A stretch of 64,000 nt of DNA. Origin: Selaginella moellendorffii (Eukaryota; Plantae; Lycopodiophyta). The stretch is from NCBI RefSeq assembly GCF_000143415.4, contig NW_003314318.1, forward strand, positions 806,001 through 870,000. Direction: 5' to 3'. The notes beneath the pieces are model-generated. The model was not told the origin of the DNA. It made no database searches and saw only the letters and a program-made list of their open reading frames with translations. Positions within the stretch are counted from its first letter, which is position 1; the number at the start of each line of letters is the position of its first letter. The position numbers and the translations under genes are program-made. Below are positions 22,955 to 34,141 of this stretch, piece after piece.

Positions 22955-24129
22955 ATGCTTAGCGGAACTTTTCTTCTTGCGTCGTGGATCTTTCCAGGCA
23001 TCGCAATGCGGCAAAGTTCGTGCCGTGAGATGAGCAGGCGCGCACTGAAAATCGCAACCAGGAAGGTACCAAAGTAAAAGATTAGTTTTTGGCGAGGAGA
23101 AGAAAAAGCTGGCCTGACCTTTGGTTGTTTTGGTGCAGGCTGCACAGAGCTTGCGGCGGGACAAGATCAACAACAGGATCTCCAAGGAAGTCGCCAAAGC
23201 GTGTAACTTGCCTTCTTCGTGCTCTCGATAGCAGCAGAGATTTCTAGTGTTGTTGCCCACTCTCGTTTTTTTCTTGAGCAGTGTTCGGGAGGGTGGTGCC
23301 AACACAGCGTCAAACTTGCAACTGGCAGCGGTGCTTCAACGGGCGAGAGAGCTGAATGTCTCGAAAGAAATCATCGAGCGAAACATGAAGAAAGCGAAGG
23401 ACACCGAGAACCAATCCTTCAGTGAGATCCTGTACGAGGTAGAAACACACAAAGCGCGTGTTAGCTAAAAAGATAGAACCTTTGCTTTTTTGCTTTCTTA
23501 CGTGAAGCTGTGCTTGCAGGTGTTTGGCTTTGGTGGCGTTGGGATCGTGGTCGAAGTTCTTACGGACAATCCTAATCGCTCGGCGTGTCAGATTCGAGAA
23601 GTGGTGAAGAAGTGTCGAGCCAAGATGGCTGGCTCCGGCTCGGTTCTCTTCGACTTCAAGCGAGCTGGTGTACTTTGCGTTAAAGCTGCCGCAGACGTGA
23701 GTGCCGACGAGCTCTTTGTAGCAGCCACCGACGCTGGTGCCGAGGATGTCATTGAGCCTCCGGAAGACGAGGAAGCCTCCCTGGAAGACAGGTACACCAA
23801 AAGCTTTTTTGCTTTAGTGTCATAAAAGCAAAGCTTCTCTACACTTTTTCCAACAGGGTCTTCAAAGTGATAACAAAGGCGGAAGACTACATACCTGTAA
23901 AATCCAAGCTTGTAGAGGCCGGGTTCCCAATTAGCGTCGACTCGGGTCTAGAGCTCGTGTCAAACGCGCAAGTTGAGGTAACATATCGAAACGCTAGTGC
24001 CTGATTTTGTTCCGACTGGGATGATGCTCCTAGGTTGATGATGAAGCGATGGAGTTGAACAAGGGTCTTATGGAAAAGCTACTGGAGCTGGATGATGTGG
24101 ACGCTGTTTATTCAAGTCAAAAGGCTTGA
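22955..24129 (+). CDS. YebC/PmpR/TACO1 family protein (organelle-targeted), multi-exon
   Basis: MSRRALKIATRK, VREGGANTASNLQLAAVLQRARELNVSKEIIERNMKKA, YEVFGFGGVGIVVEVLTDNPNRS, GSVLFDFKRAG, and terminal KLLELDDVDAVYSS. The start codon is approximate. Confidence 0.88.
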
Positions 24130-24699
24130 AGTATAACCGGTTCAGTGTCTGTAAGTGGACAGAGGAAACAAAGCAGCAAAGGTTCGAAACAAGAATTGAA
24201 AAACATACCTGATGCACAGCCTTAAAAATTATTTTCTTAGAATGAAAACCGTCGCGTAGAATTATGATTTTGTAAGATGCTAAACGACCCCGCAATTTAT
24301 AACTCCACAGTGTCCATTACCGGAGTATTTTTCTTGGAAGCCCTGCATGTGCTTGGCAGCCTGTGACTAGCGTTAATGTATACACTTGCAGTTTTAAAAC
24401 CGGCTACATTCAACCAACCTTTCGGACGGCAAGAATCATCCCTCTTTTGCATTTGCGCAATCAATTTTTTCCGCGTTAGCTCTGATCCAAGCAAAAACTC
24501 GTTTAGTAAAAAGAAACAACACAGAGAAACAGAGAGAGAATCCTACTTCGCTTTTCAGATCTTGAAGCTCTTGGCTTTCTCATTTGTTGTTGGTAAGATT
24601 GTGTAAGATACAGGACTGATTATGCTCAACACGTATCATTTTCGATTTGATCGCCTCTGAGGTGAAAGTTATTATATGAGCAGTTTTATCACGAGCTCG

Positions 24700-26087
24700 A
24701 GCCAACGTCTTTTTTAATTGTTTAGCATGTTTCTCAAAGAGCCTCTATCGATCAGTACAAATCCTGAGGTGCAACGAATATTTACCGATCCACGTAGACT
24801 TTAGAACCGGTCATTAGAAAAAACCAACGTATACCTTCTGAAGGAAACCGAAAGCGTGCTATAGTTCTTGTTGGAACGGCAGCATCGTCCTGAGGCTTCC
24901 AAATAACGAGCTCCAAAGATGACGAGGAGAGCACTAAACCATCATAACTAGCTTAGCCGTACTTGTGAGTGTAACTCACCTTTGATCTCTTTGATATTCT
25001 TAAAATCAAAATCCATCTCTGCAGCGCCTTCAAACTCCTGTAAAGTTTGACGTCAGTAGCAACTTTGATTGTAATTGCACTCTCGTACTTTGCTTGGTGA
25101 GTTTCCACTCCGATATGCACCCATACTTCTTCGTGAGAAGTATGTTCGTTGCCATCGATGAAAACTTGTAAGGCTCGAAAAGAATAAACGCTAAAGCACC
25201 TCTCACCTCTCGATGCTCCCAGGGACTCATTGACCAAGTTAACGAAGTTCCTAGTGCCGGTCTTGACATCTGGCCTTTTCATCTCGTGCATGGATAGCAT
25301 TGCCCTTTTCGCAGCATCGTCATCAACTATGTCCATGAGCCTCTTGTGTGCCCTTGTTAATTGAAAAAGCATCTCCGCAGCACTAGCTTGAAGTTGGAAG
25401 TCTCCACACTTCGGGAGTAAAACCTTGAAAAGCTTGTAGCTGCATGAAAACCTTAGAAACATAAAATGAAATGCATAGCCGAACTCACCATCCAGTCACG
25501 TGAAGTATCAGAAACTTCTGGTTCTCGGCCGATCGAGTAATCAAGACACAGAGAGTCTCCACAGAAGCACGCTTGAGTTTTAAAGACCCCGACTTCAAGC
25601 CAACGTCAGAAGCCTAGTAATGAAGTGCTTCCCACAAAGAACTTTGCCTGTTAAGAACGAAAGAAAAAGGAAAATCACTAAGGCCTCATCTCTACATACG
25701 ACCGCTCACCTTAAGGATGATCGCTTAGATCTTCGATGGCAAACAAAAGCTGCAAATTCAACGACAAGACCTCCCTCCGAATGAAATCCACAGTCACAAG
25801 ATCATCACACACAGCTTCGCCAGCGCTTCCAAAAACTCCTCAGTCACGAGAATTGGAAAAGATTGAAGCTTGCTTCAGCAATTCCTCCACGCGCCCATAT
25901 AGTGCCGCCGCTGGAAGCCATGGATTTGGACCTGAAGAGCTGTGAGAAAGAATCGCTTATACCAAGAAACACTCACATTCTCCAGGACGCCGAGTAGCCG
26001 CGCGAGATCCAGCCCACCGATGAATTCCGATCGAATGCATTGATAATCTAAATCCCCGGCAGCTGGATCCGTCCGCGGCGACTCCAT
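24700..26087 (-). pseudogene. Multi-exon gene or pseudogene resembling the SYCP2 N-terminal ARM-like + PH (Spt16M-like) domain
   Basis: Segments CGDFQLQASAAEMLFQLT, TRNFVNLVNESLGASR..SVYSFRALQVFIDG and EEVWVHIG parallel recalled SYCP2 segments [45 protein letters not shown] and [8 protein letters not shown]. GT-AG introns are evident, but some exons carry apparent stops or frameshifts. Confidence 0.55.
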
Positions 26088-26204
26088 CGCGCTCTCATCC
26101 ACGAAAAACCCTAGCTAGCTCTGCACTGGGCGGGAAAACGATAGCACACGTCAAAGAATCGAGGCCGTCAAAGTGGCGTTTGTCAATTAACGGTGGAGAT
26201 CGTG

Positions 26205-27481
26205 CTACAAGGCAGGATAGAAGTAAGAGCTCGTAGCAAATCCCAGAAACAATAGACCTCCAATGAGCGCCACGGTTCTCTGTGATATTCTCATGGCGAG
26301 AATTCGACCGCCAACGACGGCAATGCTCGTACACACGGTGTGTCCAACGATCGCTCCCAGTGTAACTCCCACAGCGTTTTTGTGAGCAGCAAGCTAGAAA
26401 GACGAAAATTTTGAGCTGGATCAAGGAAAATCAATGCGAACTTAACTGCAATCGTTGCGATTTGGCTTCTATCTCCCCATTCCGCCAAAAACGTGAGGAT
26501 GAACGACTGAAACGACCGGCAAAATGATCAGCCAGAGAATGAAAACTTGGAGTGTATCACCAAAACGTACCTCCAAAAAGATTGGAGTGCAAAACCTCGT
26601 GAAAAATTGTCGGACTCTTGACTTTCCATGCGTGCTGCCTTCCAGTTTCTCTTCCACCTGCGGGAACGAAGTTGGAAATGAGCGAGCAAAGCTTGGGTAC
26701 CTCTCCGAGCTCGTTTTGTTTCTCGGTGACGCCAGACTTCCACGCTATATACAATAGCCGCAATCCAAAGAAAGTATACAACACTGCAACAAGGGAAAAC
26801 TGAGGAAAAGAAAGGATCGAAGAGAAATCCATACCAGTGGCAAAACTATTGACGTGCCTTCGCGAGATAAGATTGGGAACTATTCTTCCAAGAACAGTGG
26901 AGAAAACCTGTTCGCAAAAGAATAAAAGCACCTGAGTAAACAGCAAAGAAAGCTTGAAAGAACTTACAGTCATGAGAGCAAGCGCGGTGAGAGCTCCAGA
27001 AAGAACTATGGCTCGCGGATGCCTCATCGCCATTAGAGCTGCGATGATGAAAGTCTCGTCTCCAATCTACCAGAGGAGCACAAAAGAATTAGGCCTAAAG
27101 CAGCAACCATTAGCAACGGAGAGTTCCGGGACGAGCAAACGTTACCTCGCTGACAATTATCATAGAAAAGCTCGAGAAAACAGCGTCGAGCAAACCATAC
27201 CCGCTGAAAATCCCCGGTGCTTGGATCAAGGCCCCGGTGGAATTCATGGCTTCATCCATAGAAATCTAGAAGAGAACAAAAAATGGCAGCATTTTGGGAG
27301 TGATCAATCGATCTGGAAGGAAAGTATGCTTACCTGTGCTTTTCGCCAGCCTTGCGCCCACTGCGAAGAGCAAACACAAAAGAATGAGAAACACAAGCCG
27401 CCAATGCAGGCCTCGATCGAATCCAATCACCTCAAGCAGCGACGCCATCACGAGCGCGATCAAAATCCACTGCTTCCTCAT
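26205..27481 (-). CDS. GDT1: GDT1/TMEM165 (UPF0016) family Ca2+/Mn2+ transporter, multi-exon
   Basis: Two EXGD(K/R)(T/S)-type motifs (IIVSEIGDETFIIAALMAMRHPR and FLAEWGDRSQIATI), C-terminal GHTVCTSIAVVGGRILA..ISQRTV..YFYPAL*, and a hydrophobic N-terminus. Confidence 0.92.
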
Positions 27482-27616
27482 GGCGCCGGCTCCCAGAGCT
27501 CAGATCCTTAGATCCACTACCAGCATAACCCTAGCACAGATCTGGCCTTGGCGCCCAAAATCGCAGTCACTGACTAGCTACGCAAGAAAAAAAATGCCCT
27601 GTTTCTATTTCTAGGG

Positions 27617-30334
27617 TTAGGGTTCTTGGGCGTCTTCTTCCTCCGCGTCTTGGTCTTGGATCGTTTGGCAAATCTCGGGGATGGATTGGTCCAAATCGTC
27701 GGCCTGGGCGTTGGAGAGCAGCACATACGGCACCGCCGGACACTCGGATTGCTCCTCCATAGCCACGAGCTTCCTGGCGATGCGCTTAGCGCGCTTGACA
27801 TCCTTGTGGTTCTTGCAAGCGCCCAGTAGAGTGGTGAGCACCACCACATTGGGCTGGAATGGCATCGTCTCCATCAATTCCTCGGCCTCGTCTAGCCGCC
27901 CAGTTCGTCCCAGGCAGTCGACCAGGATTACAAAGTGGAACACTCCCGGGGTGAGGTGATAGTCTTGGATCATCGATCCAAAGTGGCGATATCCATCCTC
28001 CTGGAGGCCCGAGTGGCTACAGCAATTCAAGACGTTCACGAACGTCACGGCCTCTGGATTCCTCCCGTCCAGCTGCATCGCCAAGAACAGCTCCAGCGCC
28101 TCGATCCAGTGGCCATTGCTCGCGCAGCTCGCGATCATCGCGTTCCAGCTGATCACGTCCACCACCTCGCGGCCATCGTGCAGCAGCATCGCCTGGAAGA
28201 TCTCGCGAGCTCGACCCACTCGCCCACACCTCCCATACATGTTGATGAGCGCGGTGGCCACGATCACGTCGGTGTCCAATCCAGATTCCACCACCAGCGC
28301 GTGGATGATCCGCGCCTGGGCGATCGCCGCGGCGCTCGCAATCGCCTCCACGACGCTCACGAACGTCGTCACGTCGGGCCTGGCCGATCCATCGAGATCC
28401 ATGAGCCGGAAGAGCTCCAGCCCCAGCTCGCCGCGATCGCTCAGCCCGTACGCGTTGATCATCGTGTTCCAGGAGATCACGTCTCGCTCGGGCGCTCGAT
28501 CGAAGAGCTCCCTGGCCTCCAGAGCTTCGCGCGCGATGCCATGCGCCTGGATCATCGTGTTCCAGCTCATGAGATCGCGCTCGGGGAGCCTGTCAAAGAT
28601 GGATCTCGCGCGGATGGATTGGCCGAGCTGGGCGTAGCCAGCGAGGAGCGCGTTCCAAGTTACTCCATCGCGCGTGGGCATGCTCTCCACGATCTGGCTC
28701 GCGGCGACCACGAACTTGCTCTGGGCCAGCGACGAGACGATCGAGTTGAGCGTGACAAGAGTCCAGTGTGGCATTCGATCAAAGGCGAGCTTTACGAGCT
28801 CGATCTTTCCGCTGCTCGAGTAGCCATTGAGCATCGCGGTCCAGGAGATCACACTCCGGCTGGGCATCTGATCAAAGACCAGCTTCGCCTCCGCCGATCG
28901 AGCGTGAGCTCCATAGACGCAGATCATCGCGGTCCAAGAGACGTGATCCTTCTCGGGCATCGACTGGAAGAGATCGCGAGCTTCTTCCAACCGGCCATTC
29001 TCGCTCAGAGATTGGAGGAGAGTGTTCCAGGTGACAACGCTCCTGGATGGGATCTTGCGGAAGAGGGCGATTGCCGGGGAGAAATCGCTGCTCTGGGCGT
29101 AAGACGCAATCGCGATGTTCCAGGAGACGACGTCGCGGAGTCGCATGAGCGAGTGGAAGATCTCCCGCGCTCGATCGAGCTCGCCGTTCTGGGCGAATGC
29201 TCGAAACATCGCGTTGCAAGACGAGGTTCCTCGCTGCGGCATTCTCTCGAAGATCTGGAGCGCGCTCTTGGCGTCGCAGCAAAGGCCATAGCCGGTGAGC
29301 ATCGCGTTACAAGATAGCACATCGCGGGTGGGCATCTCGCGAAAGAGTTTGCTCGCGTGATCCATATGCCCGGCTTGGGCATAGGCGTGGATCATCGCGT
29401 TCCAAGTCACGACGCTCTTCTCTGCCATGGAATCGAAGAACCAGCGCGCTCGATCGAGCTCGCCACCGTGAAGAAACGCCACCATCATCGAAGTGGACGT
29501 GATCACATTGCGCTGCTCCATGCGATCAAACACCGCGATCGCTCTTCCCAGATGCCCGTGCTGGGCATACGCCCCGATCATTGCGTTTCCAGCCACCACG
29601 TCTTCCTCGGGCATTCGATCGAACAGCGTCTTGGCCTCTTCCAGATGCCCCTTTAGACCATAGCCTTGGATGGCAATGTTCCAGGAGAGAATGCTCAGCT
29701 GTGGCATCCTCTCAAACACAAGCCCCGCCCGATCCTCTCGCCCGCTCTGCGCGAAAGCGTTCATCAAGACGTTCCAGGAGATGTGATCCCTGTGAGGAAT
29801 CCTGTGGAAGAAATCGATGGCGTGGTCGAGATCTTGGAGCACGCTCATCACGGTATTCCAGGAGATTGCGTCGTGCTCCGGCATCCTGTCAAGGAGCCAG
29901 AGGCAGCAATCCATATGCCCGTTTCGCGCATACGCTTGGATCATCGTGTTCCAAGTGACCACAGACCTCTGTGGCGCGATCTCGAAGATCTCTCGCGCCG
30001 ACTCCACCATGCCGGCATGGGTGTAGGCGACGATCATGTTATTCCACGAGAAGACATTGGGGCGATCCAGCCGCTGGAATGCCGATCGCGCCTCCTGGAA
30101 GCTCTCGCATTTGGTGTACATGTGAACGAGGAGATTGCCCTGTAGGGTCTGTGAATCCATGCCATGATCGGCGAGCACGGCATGGATTCGCCGCCCCTCG
30201 AGCAGCGCCTTGGATCCGGCGCACTGCCGCAAGAGAAACGCGCAGAGATTTCCATCCGGATCGCGCCGCTGCTGCTCGATTTGCCGCACGGCCTCGCGCA
30301 AATCAGCTCGTTTCAATGCCTCGCCATGCCTCAT
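27617..30334 (-). CDS. PLS-class PPR protein (905 aa), E-type C-terminus, intronless
   Basis: More than 20 tandem PPR motifs, mostly about 31 aa, ending HFVILVDCLGRTGRLDEAEELMETMPFQPN...LLGACKNH...PYVLLSN. No DYW domain. Confidence 0.93.
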   Translation of the reverse strand: MRHGEALKRADLREAVRQIEQQRRDPDGNLCAFLLRQCAGSKALLEGRRIHAVLADHGMDSQTLQGNLLVHMYTKCESFQEARSAFQRLDRPNVFSWNNMIVAYTHAGMVESAREIFEIAPQRSVVTWNTMIQAYARNGHMDCCLWLLDRMPEHDAISWNTVMSVLQDLDHAIDFFHRIPHRDHISWNVLMNAFAQSGREDRAGLVFERMPQLSILSWNIAIQGYGLKGHLEEAKTLFDRMPEEDVVAGNAMIGAYAQHGHLGRAIAVFDRMEQRNVITSTSMMVAFLHGGELDRARWFFDSMAEKSVVTWNAMIHAYAQAGHMDHASKLFREMPTRDVLSCNAMLTGYGLCCDAKSALQIFERMPQRGTSSCNAMFRAFAQNGELDRAREIFHSLMRLRDVVSWNIAIASYAQSSDFSPAIALFRKIPSRSVVTWNTLLQSLSENGRLEEARDLFQSMPEKDHVSWTAMICVYGAHARSAEAKLVFDQMPSRSVISWTAMLNGYSSSGKIELVKLAFDRMPHWTLVTLNSIVSSLAQSKFVVAASQIVESMPTRDGVTWNALLAGYAQLGQSIRARSIFDRLPERDLMSWNTMIQAHGIAREALEARELFDRAPERDVISWNTMINAYGLSDRGELGLELFRLMDLDGSARPDVTTFVSVVEAIASAAAIAQARIIHALVVESGLDTDVIVATALINMYGRCGRVGRAREIFQAMLLHDGREVVDVISWNAMIASCASNGHWIEALELFLAMQLDGRNPEAVTFVNVLNCCSHSGLQEDGYRHFGSMIQDYHLTPGVFHFVILVDCLGRTGRLDEAEELMETMPFQPNVVVLTTLLGACKNHKDVKRAKRIARKLVAMEEQSECPAVPYVLLSNAQADDLDQSIPEICQTIQDQDAEEEDAQEP

Positions 30335-30531
30335 GCATTGGGAAAACGAATCTAGAGGGCGCTTATAAAGAGATTCGAACCCGGGCGGGCAAAGATTTTA
30401 TAGCTATGGCCACAAAACCCTAACCCTAACTTTTGGTGTTTGATTGCCCTAGGGTTTAGGCGCTTTCGCGTGCCCGGGCAGCTATGGAGGTCTGAGAGAG
30501 CCGCTCGCGCAGCTCCAATCCGGTGTGGGAA

Positions 30532-32073
30532 ATGGGAAGCAATCTATCGCACGCTGCCGCGCCGCCGCCTCCGCCAGTTGCGACGCCGGACAAGATTTCG
30601 CCGCAGCCCCCAGCAGCTCCCCCGGCCAAGGAGGATGAGAAGCCAGATGCTAAGGTCGACTACTTCAATCTCCCGTGCCCTGTCAAGTATGAGGAAATCC
30701 AGCGGGAGGTGTCCAGTAAGTAGCGATTTCCATGGCTGCATTGTCTCATCGCGTGTTCTTCCAGTGGCTCTGAAGCCAGATCTCTTCGAGGGCCTAAGAT
30801 TCGATTTCAACAGGCCATTGAATGAGGTGTTCTCTCTGAGCCACAGGTATCAAGATTTTCTTTTTATATTTCTTGTAAAAATCCAATCTTTACAGTGTCT
30901 TGATGGGATCCATAGAAGTTCCACAGCAATCCCCGCAAATCGTCAAAGTTCCCAGCGCGCACTATGAATTTGGTGCGAACTTCTTGAGCCCGCGGGTTTG
31001 TTTTCTCTTCAAATGTTTTGGTAAATCTAGCTGAGTGTCTTGGAATGCCAGCTTTTTCTTGTAGGACGAGTTTTAACGGATGGAAGGCTGAATGCCCGTG
31101 TGAAAGCCGACTTCACGGAAAACTTCTCCATGAGGCTGAACGCCCAGGTACGATATAACGATTCCATCTCCTTCCGGCATTTGTAGACGTTTCTAATGCG
31201 TTTCTTGTCCATGGCAGTTAACCAACGAGCCACACTTTTCACAGGGAATGTTCCAGTTCGACTACAAGGTCAGCCTCCAATCTTTATGTTATTTTACTCT
31301 TCTAAGAGTCGAAATGCAGGGCAAAGACTACCAAACGCAGTTCCAGTTTGGCAACAGAGCATTTTATGGAGCAAATTATATACAGGTAAAGTGGCCGTGA
31401 TTTCGAAGAAAGATTTTCTCAGTGTGGTTTTTGACTTCCAGAGCATCACTCCTAGCTTAGCTCTCGGCGGTGAGGTGTTTTGGGTTGGTCACCAAAGAAA
31501 ATCTGGTCTTGGACTTGCTGCGCGCTACAGCAACGATAAAGTGGTTAGTTCTCTTTTCCTTGTATTTTTCCAAGTCGAAGTATATCTATGATTCATTTTG
31601 TTGGCTTTCCAGATTGCCACTGGTCAAGTTGCGACTACGGGAATGGTGTCATTAACTTATGTTCAAAGGGTGTCGCAAAAGGTAAAAAATATTCTTCTTT
31701 TCTCCGTTAATCAAACGAGAACTTCCAGGTGAACTTAGCGACGGATTTTCTATATAACGCGCTCACGAAGGAAGCCATAACAAGCATTGGCTACGACTAC
31801 ATTTTGCGACAGGTAAGTCGCTTCTAGATTTGAGCAGCTCTTCATGCATTTTTTCGGCAGAGTCGTGTGAGAGGCAGGCTCGACACGAACGGCTGCGTGG
31901 CCGCTTTCTTGGAGGAAAGACTCAACGTCGGCGTTACGTTTCTCCTGTCGGCGGAGGTTTGCATCGCCGCCATTGTCAATACTTCCTTGCTAACTCCCGT
32001 GCTGCTGGCTGCCCAGATTGATCACTGGAAGAAAGACTACAAGTTTGGTTTCGGGTTGACGGTTGGGGAGTGA
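30532..32073 (+). CDS. TOM40: Mitochondrial outer membrane translocase subunit TOM40, multi-exon
   Basis: [75 protein letters not shown], and terminal [18 protein letters not shown]. Confidence 0.96.
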
Positions 32074-32295
32074 CAGAGATTCTTTTTTCTTTCTCGGACA
32101 AGTTTGAGTCTTTAAAACCAGGGAGTGGCCCGTCCGCCAGATTTTGAAGAGCGTCCCGCAAGTACGCTTCCTTCTTCTGCTAGCTTAGTGTAAGCAATTC
32201 AATTCCTCGTTCCTTTCCTTTTGCTTGTGTAGTTCTATGCTATATAACACGGCCGCGGTAATAAGCAAGGACAGACTACTACGTTCCAAGCAGTC

Positions 32296-34032
32296 TTATA
32301 GTTTGTGAGAAGCTTGCGTTACAAACTTTTGGTCTCTAACTCTTTGCTCGAGCTTGTGATTTTTCCAGGCTCCCAGCAAGCACGTCCACTCGGTAGCGTC
32401 TGGAGCAAATGGCATGCTCGTCGCGACGTCCCTGGCAGTGTCAAGGAATCCCGACCTTGCCAGGAGATCCACCACGCAGCAGTAGTGCTGCTTGGTCGGC
32501 TCGATCTGGAAGTCACTCACCATGGATGCGAAGAACTCCTGGGCTCTCTCCAAATCCCCGGCGCGGCTACACGCGATCAACACTGCCGCAAAGGCTGCTC
32601 CATCCGGCGGCGCTTGGAACGTCGCTGCCATGGAACTCACGAGGCTGAAAGCGTCGAGAGGATCTTTGCCGTGGTGTGCGTACGCGGCGAGCATCGAGTT
32701 CCAGATCGCTACTCCATCGAGCTTTGGGACTCTGTCGAAGATCTGGCGCGCTCGATCGACGTGCCCTTGCTGCGCGTACGCGGCGATGAGCGAAGCCCAC
32801 GAGATCTCGTCCCTGTTCCTCGCGTTTCGATCGAACACATCCCTGGCGGCTTGGAAGTGGCCGCTGTGAGCGTAGGCGCTGAAGAGCGTGTTCCAGGAGA
32901 AGGAATCTGGGGCTGGAATTCGATCGAAGAGCTGCTGGGCTTGCTCCAAATCGCCCTCTTGCGCTCGCAGCGAGAGCGCTAGATTCGAGCTCACGAGGTC
33001 GTGCGCAGGCATCCCGCGAGAGAAGAAATCCAGCGCTTGGCGCGTATGCCCGGCCTGGGCATACGAGCAAAGCATCGTCTTCCACGAGACAAGATCATGC
33101 CGAGGCATTCGACCAAAGATCCGCGATCGCTGGCTGTGCGTCGCGGCGGCGAGGATCGCATTCCACGAGACGAGATTGTGCTCGGGCATCCTCGCGAAGA
33201 TCTCCTCAACCTCCTCCTGGTATAGTCCCGATTGGGCATACGCGCCAAGAACAGTCGTCCACGAGATCACGTCCCGTTGGGGCATTGCTCGATCGAAGCA
33301 CTCCCGGAGAAGATCTAGACGATTTCCCTGCGCGAATGCCTGGAGCAGCGAGTTCCAAGAGACCAAGTTCGTCTCTGGCATACTCTGGGAGAAGAATCGC
33401 TGGGCTTCTCCAAAATGTCCAGCACGGGCATATGCTGCAAGCATGGAGTTCCAGGAAACTAGATTGTACTGCGGCATCGCATCGAAGACCCACTTCGAAT
33501 CGACCAGATTACATTTTTGAGAGAGTGCTGCCTGGATGGAAGTCCATATCACAAGATCCCTGTGTGGAATTCCCAGGAACAATTGCCATGCTTCCTCAAA
33601 ATGCCCGGCTTGGGCCAATGCGCAAAGCATCGTGTTCGATGACACTGCGTCCCAGAGTGGCATTCTATCGAAGATCTCTCTGGCGCCGTGAAGATCTCCA
33701 ATGTCGGCACAAGAACCCAGCATCGCGGTCCAGGCCACGAGAGTTTTCCCCGGCATCGAATCGAAAATCTCTCTTGCGTTGTCGAAATGCCCGTTCTTGG
33801 AGTATGCCAAGAACATGAAAACCCAGGAGAAGGAATCCCTGCTGCTGGTGGCGATCTCGTCGAAAACCTGGCGCGCCATCGCCGGGCTCCCGATCCGCCC
33901 ATACATTTGGATCAGTCGATTGTGGACGAAGGTATCGGCCCTGCGGAGATTTCGCTTAGCGAGCGCGTGGATCTCGGTGGCCTCGGACAAGCTGCCGCAG
34001 GAATCGATGAGTTCCAGAAGATCTTGACGCAT
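32296..34032 (-). CDS. PLS-class PPR protein (578 aa), truncated E domain, intronless
   Basis: Tandem PPR motifs and the terminal PTKQHYCCVVDLLARSGFLDTARDVATSMPFAPDATEWTCLLGAW motif. Same subfamily as 7312-9528. Confidence 0.92.
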   Translation of the reverse strand: MRQDLLELIDSCGSLSEATEIHALAKRNLRRADTFVHNRLIQMYGRIGSPAMARQVFDEIATSSRDSFSWVFMFLAYSKNGHFDNAREIFDSMPGKTLVAWTAMLGSCADIGDLHGAREIFDRMPLWDAVSSNTMLCALAQAGHFEEAWQLFLGIPHRDLVIWTSIQAALSQKCNLVDSKWVFDAMPQYNLVSWNSMLAAYARAGHFGEAQRFFSQSMPETNLVSWNSLLQAFAQGNRLDLLRECFDRAMPQRDVISWTTVLGAYAQSGLYQEEVEEIFARMPEHNLVSWNAILAAATHSQRSRIFGRMPRHDLVSWKTMLCSYAQAGHTRQALDFFSRGMPAHDLVSSNLALSLRAQEGDLEQAQQLFDRIPAPDSFSWNTLFSAYAHSGHFQAARDVFDRNARNRDEISWASLIAAYAQQGHVDRARQIFDRVPKLDGVAIWNSMLAAYAHHGKDPLDAFSLVSSMAATFQAPPDGAAFAAVLIACSRAGDLERAQEFFASMVSDFQIEPTKQHYCCVVDLLARSGFLDTARDVATSMPFAPDATEWTCLLGAWKNHKLEQRVRDQKFVTQASHKL

Positions 34033-34141
34033 CCAAAAGCCAGGTCGATGGAAATTTCGCGCGCCTAGAAAGTTCTACCTAGAGAATCTCCCTAGAGAAG
34101 AAAATGTCAAAGCTTAGGAAGAGCCCTAATTCTTCGTGGGT

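Noticed and set aside
27935-29317. 460-aa plus-strand ORF
   Set aside because: Antisense shadow of the PPR gene caused by codon bias.
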